IMG/VR virus record: IMGVR_UViG_3300028486_000080
Span: 16,199-80,198 of that record
Reading direction: 5' to 3' (one strand)
DNA: 64,000 bases
From: a virus
Lineage: Duplodnaviria > Heunggongvirae > Uroviricota > Caudoviricetes
Shown: in pieces, positions 54,191-63,723 of the stretch
How the letters are laid out: each line of letters opens with the position of its first letter
How positions within the stretch are numbered: the first letter of the stretch is position 1
Made by a program: the position numbers and the translations under genes
The notes under the pieces: generated by a model
The model's input: only the letters and a program-made list of their open reading frames with translations
Databases searched by the model: none
What the model was told of the DNA's origin: nothing

Positions 54191-55398
54191 GGTACCAATA
54201 TAATCGGACCAACGATCTTCAGGCACACACAATTGTCGATCCACACCGGGCGCCCTTCGATCAGCAAATCCCACGCACTCTTGTGAAGCGTTAATGTTAA
54301 CTGTTTCTCTAGATCAGCGACGGTCGTATCCCAGGTCTCTTCAACGTCGAAATTGTGCCGTGAGTATCTGTTAACCCTAATAGGGATTGAACCCTCACCT
54401 ACGGTCATTTTTCCAGTTTCCTCAACAGTCGGGCGCGCGGCGGACCACTTCAGTTTCTTTCATCGATCCTCTCTCCACAGAAAGCGCACCGCCCGCGCAC
54501 AACGATGCACACGTGGTCCGTCAATACATATGACCGATAGAGGGTCATCGGTTGTCAAAATCCTTTTGATACACGAGCTTTTTACAGTGCTCACAATAGA
54601 TTGTCACCGTGCCGTAAGCACCGCCACCATGCCCACACGTCGGGCAACCTTCAGAGCTTGACGCCTCGACTTCTATCATCGTTTCGGTCCAGGGCTTTGC
54701 ACAGAAGACACACAGCGGCGGCTTCACCCACCCGTTTGGATTGTCGCTCAATAGTAGTGCCTCCGAGAATCATCCACACGCACGATCTCACCATCAGCGG
54801 TGTAGTCGATGCCACACTTGGCGCCGCTCAGGCTATTGGTCATGTCCTGCGGCGTCAAATAGCGAAATCCCTTGTAGGCTTCGCGGTCCATCAGCGCCGT
54901 CTCGATCAGCGACGCCACGCCCCGGCGCGCGTCCTCATCGCGATCAGCCGAGTGCAGGATGTAGCTATTCGCCCAATTGCGCAGCTTCTCAAGCTCCACA
55001 GTCTTGCGTGCCTTAGCCATGACGTGCCCTCCGTTGCTCAAGATAGCCGACGATCATCTTGTTGCGCTTAGCCAGAGCCTCGCACATGAAACGCTGATAG
55101 GTGCGCGCGTTCCCCAGCCACCACGGGTCCAGCGGTCCCGTTGCAGCCTCGTTCGCTTTGCGTGCCCAGAGCGCTGCCATGCGCTTGGCGTGAAGACTTG
55201 CTTTTGCTCGCGTCATTCGAGCACCATCCAGCCAATCACGGGGGACACGTTCAGGCGCGCAACAAGCGCCTCGTATTCATCCGCCGTGATATGGTTGCCA
55301 AGCTCACGAGACTTGTTCATGGCTCCCTCAAGCGCAACGCGAATCATGTTGGTCTCGACAAGGCTGAAATTCTGGTAAGGCGCGCGATAGATTTGCAT
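54187..55398 (-). CDS. operon of small hypothetical genes: 55213-55398, 55013-55216, 54748-55020, 54545-54751 (CxxC Zn-binding), 54187-54408
   Basis: Coupled ORFs; the first has the GGAGTCGAAC leader. Confidence 0.55.
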
Positions 55399-55432
55399 GT
55401 TCGACTCCTTTGTGTTCTCTCGACTTCAAGCA

Positions 55433-55463
55433 CCCTAGCACGAATGTACTAACGAACCGTTAA
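55433..55463 (-). promoter_or_regulatory. CtrA-box promoter TTAA-CGGTTCG-TTAG-N7-GTGCTAGGG
   Basis: Read directly. Confidence 0.75.
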
Positions 55464-55827
55464 GGGCGCCCTTGTGTCACTAGCCCGGCATCCTCCAATT
55501 CGCTCAGCATGTCAGAGACACGCACCAGCTTCGTGCGATCCGTGATCTCTCCGTTCGCGACGGCATCACGATACCACGTGATAACCTTAGCCTCGCTAAC
55601 CCAGCGGCGCTCAGGGTAGACGATGAAAAATTGACGATCTCCGCTCATGGCAGATACAGCGTCGGATAGCTGGTAGAGGCGTTGAAGCCCATAACCTGCG
55701 TGGTCTCGATATTCACATCGGCAACGTTCTCGACAGTCCGCACAACCGCACGGATGGCTTCCTTTGGCGTGCCCACGTTGAAGACGATCATCACCGCGAC
55801 TTGATTAGGCTTGAAATCAGCTTCCAT
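55460..55827 (-). CDS. two small hypothetical genes: 55645-55827 and 55460-55648
   Basis: GGAGTCGAG leader; ATGA coupling. Confidence 0.55.
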
Positions 55828-55874
55828 TGCTCGACTCCTATAATGGTGCGCATGCACCGAACTCAAAGATCACC

Positions 55875-55947
55875 AGACACCAATGGGATTCGAACCCATG
55901 TTTGCTCCGCGAAGGGTGCCGTCCTGTTCCCGTTAGACGATAGTGGC
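55875..55947 (-). tRNA. degenerate tRNA-Glu-like element (6-nt anticodon loop, no CCA)
   Basis: GCCACTA-TC-GTCTAACGGGAACAGGAC-G-GCACC-CTTCGC-GGAGC-AAAC-ATGGG-TTCGAAT-CCCAT-TGGTGTC-T; D and T arms follow bacterial tRNA-Glu; one mismatch in each of the acceptor and anticodon stems. Confidence 0.65.
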
Positions 55948-56006
55948 TGGCATCACCGCACGGTACCTTGCGGCGTCCCGAGCCGATCAAGCTCAGGCAC
56001 GAACAA

Positions 56007-56036
56007 CCTAGCACTGAGATATTAAAAAAGCGTTAC
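56007..56036 (-). promoter_or_regulatory. CtrA-box promoter GTAA-CGCTTTT-TTAA-N7-GTGCTAGG upstream of the tRNA-like element
   Basis: Read directly. Confidence 0.65.
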
Positions 56037-56154
56037 CACCCGACAAATATAAGGGATACTATGTTATCACTTGCGCGCGTTAAGGTTAAAGATTCGTATT
56101 CCGCGAATGTCCCATATTAAGGTAAACGAATCCTGTAGCCGAAAAACGAAATAG

Positions 56155-59139
56155 CTAGGCGGCTTGATCCTTATTGTCTTCATTCCGACGCACCAGATAC
56201 ACCTCAGGTATGTAATCGCCGCCGTCATGTTCCCAGCGCCGCCAAATGATCTCAGACACACGCCAGCGCCCGGTGCGGGGCACCTTGACTTTTCCGCGGT
56301 CGAAGTCCCGCGTGTTGAAATATTCAACATCGGTCGGAACAATCCACAAGATATCCTCACGGCGCGGCAGCGCGGGGAAGTCACGCACCAGCGAAAACCC
56401 ATCTACCATCAGTAGACAGCGCAACTTACTCATCACCCTTCCTCATGATGATATACCAGCCACCGCGCGACAGCGAATAATCTATGTCCCTATGACACCA
56501 CCACCCTTCATCCTTCATCTTGTTGCGCTCGATTGCAAGCGCACGGATGCAATGCTGCGACCAATCCCCATCGAACGGCACGCACGGAATGACGATCACC
56601 TCTTGGTGCGCATACGCTCGGATACCGTCCAGCCAGCGATTGATGCGTGCCCACATGATCAGGAGTCCCTATATCTGCTCGGCAGCGGCACATCGCGAAA
56701 GGCAAAGAAACCAAGCCAGAGTCCACCCAACACAATTGCACCAATCGAGGCGAAGAACCCGACGACACCCGTCAAGATCACCAGCGCCGTATTCGAATAC
56801 GTTTGGGGCAATTGGGTATTCCAGTATAGGGCAATACCCCCAACCACAAACAGGTACACCGTCAAGTAGCCGTGCACCCGGCGTCTTGCCGTGCGCTCAA
56901 GCTCCGCACTCTCGTATGGAGTCAGGTCCGATCTCATTCCAGGTAAAGCTCCGCTAGATCAGCCGTGCCCGACACAAAGACTATGCCCGACGCATTCTGC
57001 ACCTCGACAACGCGGCACAGTTGCGTCACTAGATGATCACCTCCGTTGTCAGGATGATGCGCGTTGACCACCATGACGATAGCGTCGGGCGGATACTTGG
57101 ATAGAGCCTCAATCAGTTGCTTGACGTTCATTCCGCATCCTTGTCAGGTATTGGGCATATGCGCCAAGCAATTGTTGCGTGGCTTCATCCTCGTTTGTCG
57201 CGATCTCACCGAGGCGATACGCCATAGCTGCCAGCGCCGTGTTGCTCAGCAGATAAGTCATTGCCACCGAGCGCATCATTTGATTGATGGCTTCGCTCAG
57301 CAGCGCTTCATCACTACCATTTGTAGCAGTGCGGATTTGGTCCATGTCCAGCATTATGCGTCATCCATTGGTATGAAGTTGACCTTAGGCTTCGAGCGTC
57401 CAGGTAGCTTGTTGATCAGCGGCACATTCCAAATCTCAGCGATGCGCGTAGCCTCACGTAACGCCCAATCATATTCGGTCGTACGATACACCCATCCTGC
57501 GACGCCTTGCTCATTGATCCGGCATGCGAAGTAGGCGAACCCATCTTGGGGTTGCCAGGACTCCGTAACGATCACACGGGGACCATGATCCGGCAGCGGC
57601 GCGGTCTCAGCAGTAAGGCGTTCGGCGCGAGTCATTGCTTGCCACCGAATATCCGTGGCACTCACAAAGCTCTTGTGCGTCTCATGCTCCAGCCACGCGA
57701 CGATAGCCTCATGCCAACGCTTGTTAGGCTCCGAATACATTGGGCGGCACACGTCAGAGCCGTGCACGCGCTCGCAGATGAAAGGCGTGCCGTCGATAGA
57801 CGCACAGAGCTTTTTGCCCGGCGCGATCTCCAGCAACCACATAGGGAACGCTTGATTGTATTCGTCACCGTAGTTGATGCGCATCAGTCGTATAGTCTCC
57901 ACAGTAACGCATCGCGCCTTAACGGCAGCATTTCAACATGCTCGGGGCACCGTGGTCCCAGCGCGCTACATTCGAGCATGGCTCCCATGACTGAAATAGT
58001 CACCAGCGCATACGCCAGGAGCGCTACCGTTAACCCTACTGCGAGCATGCGCTTCAGGATCATTCCGGCACACTCCGATACGCCTTGACGCACGTCGTGT
58101 AAATCGTAGGCTTTGACATTTCCGCTTGCTGGTCAATTGCTTTTGCCGCAGAAAGGCACTCTTCGCCACTCGGATAATCGATCACCAGAGGTGCCGTCCA
58201 CGCCTTGGCGAACATAATTAATGCCCAGACGATTTTTGTGCCAGCGATAATCATGCATCCTCCCTAACAGACGGCGACGGATTCTTGTAGAGTTGAATCT
58301 TGATACGGTTAATGGCTTGCCGGGCGTCCTCTCGCATGCCGCGCGCGATCATTTCCTGCACATCGCTCAGCATCGATGCCACAGTATTGGTTACCGTGCC
58401 GTTGAAATCCAACAGCCGGGAAAACTCTCGATCACACTCCGCTTCCGAGCATCCAAGGCACTCACGCGCCCGCGCTTCATCCTTAAAGAAATTTTTATCC
58501 AAGCTCCGTTGCCTCCATAATTGCGGCATCAGACAATTCCATCGCTTGATACTTGTCGATCACAGCGAGCCGCGCGGTGCGCTCATTATACATTTCAGCG
58601 CGCGGGCGCCCCACCAGACCTAACAGCACAAGGCACGCGAAGTAGGACAGCCGGTGAATAGCTGCATAGGTGCGCGGGTCATAGGTCATGGGTAGCCCTC
58701 GGCGCATCAGGATCATCGCCCCAGACAAGTGCAGGATCGATGCCAGTCTCAGCGAGCACGCGCTTGATATCGTCGCGCAATGCCTTGGCGAGGCGGACGT
58801 TGCCGCACTTGCGAGCGAGTTTGTAGTCGCAAACCCATGCACGTAGTCCGACAATATGTCCCTTGAGGGTTACACCGCTCATGGCTTGCGCTCGACAACC
58901 AAGTGCAGCTTAGCGCGCGACGGCGAAAGGCGACCGTGCGCGCCGTGAATTACGCGCAAAGAGTCGCGACCAGCCCACGACGCCCGGCGCTTGGCAGCAG
59001 CCTCCGCAATGATAGCTGCAACCTCAGCCAGAAAAGCCTCACGGCGCTCCGGTATCTGCGACCAGTGCGTTGGCGGCTCAGCGAGCTTGTTGCTGCACAC
59101 AATGCGCGCGGTAGCTACAGGGGGGAAAATGTCCAGCAT
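56155..59139 (-). CDS. operon of about 12 small hypothetical genes: 58879-59139, 58679-58882, 58495-58689, 58251-58529, 58060-58254, 57884-58093, 57354-57902, 57109-57354, 56934-57131, 56659-56937, 56426-56656, 56155-56436
   Basis: Tightly coupled ORFs, several with TM helices; no function recognised. Confidence 0.55.
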
Positions 59140-59172
59140 GTTTCGACTCCATGTTTCCTCGACTTTGGACAG

Positions 59173-59202
59173 CCTACCACAGAGGTACTAACAACCCGTT
59201 AA
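59173..59202 (-). promoter_or_regulatory. CtrA-box promoter TTAA-CGGGTTG-TTAG-N7-GTGGTAGG
   Basis: Read directly. Confidence 0.65.
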
Positions 59203-60363
59203 CGCGCCCTCAGCCTTGCGAGCATTAACCTTACTTATATACCGCAACCGGGAAATGGCGTCCCGAATGTCAGCGCGGATAAACGACTTCTCACGGTCGG
59301 ATAAATCCCACCGATTGCGATCAGCCATGCCGTCGCGAATAGTCATGCGCAGCAATAGCACTTGCCGATCAACCGTCACGGCGAGCCCCCGGCGTCTTGC
59401 CATTATGCAACACCTCGTCATGCGTCTTGATGTGGCGAAGCTTTTCCACTAGCCGCTCAGCAGCGCCAATAGTCAGTGCGTCGGCGTTGCCAGCTTCCAG
59501 GTCCGCCATGATAATGCGCACCTCACGCGTGGCGTATTCGTAAAGATTTGCTTCGCGTTTATCCGACAGAAGCGCAGCGTCGAATTTCATTCAACAACCT
59601 CCATCGTTATCCGCACCCGGCGCCCTATGTAAGGTCGCACATCCTGATGTAGATGAAAGTCCACATCCCACGACTGCACCCGAAAGAATAACTGACTATC
59701 GGGCACCTCAAGCTCACCAACCATAGCCATGCCACCGTCTTCAGTGTCCATAGCCAGAACGCCTTCAGCCACCACCTTAGGCATCGGGGAACTTCTCTTT
59801 GATCCACGCGACCACGTGCTTGGCGGTCTCAGCGTCAAGCGTCACCATCGTGCGCTTGGAGTGCACCGCTTTATCACCGCGCGATATCTCTTCAACATCA
59901 AACATCAGATACGGGTTGCCGGTATGCGTAGCGAGGCGCAAGATAGCCGAGCCCGTGCCGTAACGCTTCCATGACGGTTTGTGCTCGCGGGTCACATACT
60001 CGATCTCTGAGTAGTGCTCACCCTCCGTATTCCCGTCATCCCGGATGAAGTGGCAGCCGTGATCTTTGAAAATTTCCCTTTTCATGATCATACCAACTGT
60101 TGAAGAGCGTGCGCCGCGCAAGCGCCGCGGATGTAAGACTGCAACGCCGCGTCGCTATCGAACACGAGGGGCATTTCCAGGTCATGCCCCGTCACATGAT
60201 AGAAGGCGCCCGATGAATCGACTTTGACGTGCACGTGGCGATAAGCACCAGTGCCCATGTTCTCGTATGCCTCGACCAGGGAACCGGTAGGCATGCCGCC
60301 ATAGGTAAGGCGCGGAAATTCCGACTTTGCGTCGTCGAAAGGCTCTGAAGGCTCGCGGTACAT
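59188..60363 (-). CDS. operon of five small hypothetical genes: 60088-60363, 59777-60091, 59587-59784, 59369-59590, 59188-59421
   Basis: Coupled ORFs; GGAGTCGAAATG leader at 60363. Confidence 0.55.
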
Positions 60364-60576
60364 TTCGACTCCTTGATGTGGTGGAACGAGTGAGTCTTGA
60401 CCTCACACTGACGGCACGGTCGGGCGCGGTATGATCCTCCCCTTAGGTGCCGTTGCTCTGCCAATATTAAGCTACCGTCCCTTAACCATTGAAATCTATT
60501 GTGACGGGCGCTCTTATTCAGCGGTCGGGAAGCTCCGTCCCTTAGGCCGTTTGGGTCTCGCCCGTCACTTCACACA

Positions 60577-60607
60577 ACCTAGCACACAGAAGTTAACAAA
60601 CCGTTAA
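60577..60607 (-). promoter_or_regulatory. CtrA-box promoter TTAA-CGGTTTG-TTAA-N7-GTGCTAGG
   Basis: Read directly. Confidence 0.75.
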
Positions 60608-60612
60608 CGCGC

Positions 60613-60828
60613 TCAGATTTTGCACATTCTTTGAAGGCGCTCGATAACTGCGGGAGTCCTATACCGGCGCGACGTGCGACGGCGCGATCCCTCGAACCAC
60701 AATTGAAGCGTGCCGTCCCGCATACGGAACAAATTGAACTGAGAATTAGTGCTCGTGACAAAGACAGCCGCAGCGCGATAACCGTCTCCAGGCTTGCCCT
60801 TAGTCGTCAGCACATGCGTCAGTTGCAT
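60613..60828 (-). CDS. small hypothetical protein
   Basis: GGAG RBS before MQLTHVL. Confidence 0.5.
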   Translation of the reverse strand: MQLTHVLTTKGKPGDGYRAAAVFVTSTNSQFNLFRMRDGTLQLWFEGSRRRTSRRYRTPAVIERLQRMCKI

Positions 60829-60830
60829 CG

Positions 60831-61442
60831 CTACACAGTCTCCACTTTCTTGAGCCCGTTGGGTCCGAAGTCCGTGCGCAGCCCGGCGCGCACTTCCTTT
60901 GCCATGCGCACCCATCCGAGCGCACCGAGCAACGTCTGCGAGCGTCCGCCGTGCATGCCGTCATGCCACGACTGCCAACCGGCAACCGAATACTGGCGGT
61001 CAGGCTCGTGATAGATCACGTGAGTCAGCCCATCCGTGCCGATCAAATCCATCGGCATGTAGTCATCAGCACCAGGGGGGCGGAAGTATGACGTGACGCG
61101 CAATCCGAGCGAGTCCACCACCTCACTGATGTAGGCGGGAGTCGGGTCAACCTTGGTGCCAGCGGGGACACACATGTAGTAATCCAGCGAGTCCACAAAC
61201 TCACTGCCGAAAATGAATCGCAACGCCTCTCGCGTCGCGGGGATGCGCTCAGACTGGTGCGGACTGTAACCGCCAATCAGCGAGTCAACCACCGTGCTCG
61301 CTTCGATATACTTGATGCGTCCAGCGACGTTGATGCAGGCGCCGCGATTGTAGGTGCCGCGCACCTGAATGCGACCGATCTCCTGCCCCGCGCGATTGAC
61401 GATGATATGCGTCGGCTTTTTGATCAGATAAGGATTGGGCAT
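60831..61442 (-). CDS. hypothetical protein
   Basis: AGGAGTCGAACATG leader. Confidence 0.65.
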   Translation of the reverse strand: MPNPYLIKKPTHIIVNRAGQEIGRIQVRGTYNRGACINVAGRIKYIEASTVVDSLIGGYSPHQSERIPATREALRFIFGSEFVDSLDYYMCVPAGTKVDPTPAYISEVVDSLGLRVTSYFRPPGADDYMPMDLIGTDGLTHVIYHEPDRQYSVAGWQSWHDGMHGGRSQTLLGALGWVRMAKEVRAGLRTDFGPNGLKKVETV

Positions 61443-61472
61443 GTTCGACTCCTTTTGTTCTCGACTACGCAC

Positions 61473-61504
61473 ACCCTAGCACGCATGTCTTAACAAACAG
61501 TTAC
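61473..61504 (-). promoter_or_regulatory. CtrA-box promoter GTAA-CTGTTTG-TTAA-N7-GTGCTAGGG
   Basis: Read directly; back-to-back with the plus-strand TTGACA-N17-TAGTGT promoter at 61515-61543. Confidence 0.7.
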
Positions 61505-61579
61505 TACAGGGGACTTGACAACGGTAAGATTAACAAGTAGTGTCCGAGGCTCACCCCTATTAACGTTAAGGAAACCCTC

Positions 61580-61819
61580 ATGGCTACCAAAAAGAAAGCA
61601 CCAACTCGCAAAAGCCCGGCAAAGCGTGCCACGTTCAAGCCGCTCGCTATCCAGGTCAACACCACTACACAGATCGAAGCGGCAGAGGGCGCCGACTTCC
61701 GCGCGGCGGCAGGCGCCGTGCTTACCGATCTCCAGCGGCGCCTCAGCAAGGGCGAACTCACGGGTCTTGAGGTAAAGGCTTATGGGATGAACGGTAACCG
61801 CATCCTTGCGGAGCTTTAA
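61580..61819 (+). CDS. small protein with basic N-terminal tail (MATKKKAPTRKSPAKR)
   Basis: Own sigma70 promoter; AAGGA RBS; bidirectional hairpin at 61861-61892. Confidence 0.65.
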   Translation: MATKKKAPTRKSPAKRATFKPLAIQVNTTTQIEAAEGADFRAAAGAVLTDLQRRLSKGELTGLEVKAYGMNGNRILAEL

Positions 61820-61939
61820 CCCTAACGCGTAATTAACCCTAGAGTGGTTAACAAAAAGTAAAAGGGCGCCTCATATCGAGGCGCCCCTTTCTTGATGTCG
61901 AATCTTATATCAGATCGACGTTTTGATGCCGATTCTATA

Positions 61940-62923
61940 TCAAGCCGCCTGAAGCAGCTTGACCGCCTTAGCCTTCATCACGGCGCCCGATCCAAATTGA
62001 GCGGATGCGAGGCGGGCATCGTCCGCCGTCTCACCATCAGCGGTGCGGCGTGCCGTGCGGTCATGATCGACGTAGCGCGTCACGGCGTTAAGCGCCGTCC
62101 AAGCGTTGTAGGTCTCAGTGCCGCGCTCAGTGAGAGTCGTATCGAGTGAGCCGGTGATACGATCCACTACAGCCTTGCCACGTCCGGTGACTTCCTTACC
62201 CTCTTGCCCGATGTCAACAACCTTTTTCAGGAAGTTGATAGTTTCGTCGCGCGTCATCTTGATATTGCGCAGCGACTCCGCAAACTCGCGGTAGCCGTCG
62301 AAGTCCGCCGCGATCTTTGCCATAGCGGCAAGCGCCTTGTCCTGCGCCACCAGATCGAAAGCGGCGTTGTGCTTGATCGATACCACGCCCTGCTCAAAGG
62401 CGGCGCCCTGAAGCGTGTTGCGGCACTCGACGCGCGTTCCTACAGCACCGCCGCGCGTTGCCAGCGTGCCGTCGAATGACGTAGCGAGTAGGGCATAAAG
62501 CTTGTGCTTCGAACCGGCGATATCGGACTCTTCACCGCCGTTGAACGCGGCTAGCGCCCAGATCACGCGACCACCCTTGATGGCGCCCATCGTTTCCATG
62601 ACGAAACGCGGGTCCGACAGGATGAAGTTGTGGAAGAACTCGCGAATCTGCGCGGGCTGTACCGGGATATAGTCGTCAGTGAAGAGCCCTAGGCGAGCGT
62701 TGTTGTCGTCGCGCACGATGGCGACAGAGTTGTGAAGTTGGATCATGTTGTTGCCGCGCTGAATAAACAGCGGGCACTTGGAAACGGTGAAATCGGTCTT
62801 CGACGCCTTAGCCCACTCATCCAGCGAGGAGTCGGCGGTCACACTCGTATTTTCGCGGCGATGCCACGAGGGGGCGGCAGTGTCGCGGCGTGCCATCGAG
62901 TCAGCTACGTTATCCCAAGCCAT
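61940..62923 (-). CDS. DUF932 family phage/plasmid-like protein (TIGR03299-like)
   Basis: SWHRR..DFTV..LGLFTDDYIPVQ..ETMGAIKGGRVIWALA..LLATSFDGT..RVECRNTL..IKH..AWTALNAVTRYVDH. Confidence 0.8.
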   Translation of the reverse strand: MAWDNVADSMARRDTAAPSWHRRENTSVTADSSLDEWAKASKTDFTVSKCPLFIQRGNNMIQLHNSVAIVRDDNNARLGLFTDDYIPVQPAQIREFFHNFILSDPRFVMETMGAIKGGRVIWALAAFNGGEESDIAGSKHKLYALLATSFDGTLATRGGAVGTRVECRNTLQGAAFEQGVVSIKHNAAFDLVAQDKALAAMAKIAADFDGYREFAESLRNIKMTRDETINFLKKVVDIGQEGKEVTGRGKAVVDRITGSLDTTLTERGTETYNAWTALNAVTRYVDHDRTARRTADGETADDARLASAQFGSGAVMKAKAVKLLQAA

Positions 62924-62961
62924 TTGTCTGCATGCTCCTATGTTGCTCTTGAATGATTGAA

Positions 62962-62992
62962 CCTTACAGCGAATGTCTTAACAAACCGTTAA
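62962..62992 (-). promoter_or_regulatory. CtrA-box promoter TTAA-CGGTTTG-TTAA-N9-TGTAAGGT
   Basis: Read directly; a further canonical TTAA-N7-TTAAC at 63050-63065. Confidence 0.7.
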
Positions 62993-63166
62993 AAAGGAAG
63001 CTTGTCCATCCCCATTTGTTATCTTTGGGCATGGATTGTAGGCTCATGGTTAATTTTCGGTTAACGCGGGTTAGATACAATTAAGGTTAAGAAGCTCTAA
63101 CTGCTTCCCCGCATTTATCCCCGCAAAATGAAGGCATAATTAAGGTAAACGGTAGCCGCCGCAAGA

Positions 63167-63194
63167 AAAAGCAGGGGAGTCGAAGCCCTGCTTT
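63167..63194 (-). terminator. intrinsic terminator
   Basis: AAAGCAGGG-CTTCGACTC-CCCTGCTTT plus T tract. Confidence 0.6.
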
Positions 63195-63223
63195 CTCTGC
63201 GCGCTGCCTGATATACAGGCGCG

Positions 63224-63493
63224 CTAGTTGGCGAGCGTAACGGAAGCTGAAGTAAACCAATCGCTATCCGGCGCCTCAGGATCACCAGACGGTCCAGGCA
63301 CCCATAACTGGTCATCCTCTCCCCCGTCTCCCTGAAGCACCAGCGAGGTATGAAGCTCGTTGAGCCAGTTGGCGACCACCGTCAGCTTAGTGCCAACCGG
63401 CACGTCACCATGTGCGCCGTTGCTTATCGGTTGAGTGACGATCACCGTGTCACCCTCTTTAAGCGTCTCGGCAAGGTCCATCCAAGTTGACAT
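63224..63493 (-). CDS. hypothetical protein
   Basis: GGAGTCGAAC leader. Confidence 0.6.
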   Translation of the reverse strand: MSTWMDLAETLKEGDTVIVTQPISNGAHGDVPVGTKLTVVANWLNELHTSLVLQGDGGEDDQLWVPGPSGDPEAPDSDWFTSASVTLAN

Positions 63494-63523
63494 TCGTTCG
63501 ACTCCGTTGTTTCCAGTTTCAAC

Positions 63524-63555
63524 ACCCTAGCACAAAGGTACTAACAAACTGTTAA
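63524..63555 (-). promoter_or_regulatory. CtrA-box promoter TTAA-CAGTTTG-TTAG-N7-GTGCTAGGG
   Basis: Read directly. Confidence 0.7.
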
Positions 63556-63723
63556 TTTGGATCGTGTCGGCTGATAAACCATAGCCCGACCACCACAGCC
63601 AGAATAATGGGTCCGAATGCCACGAAAAACAGAGACACCACCCAATTCTCAATCGGGTTTTTCTGCCCAGCACACATGATCAGCCCTACTAGGCTATATA
63701 GGATAGTGAATTCCAACATCCCC

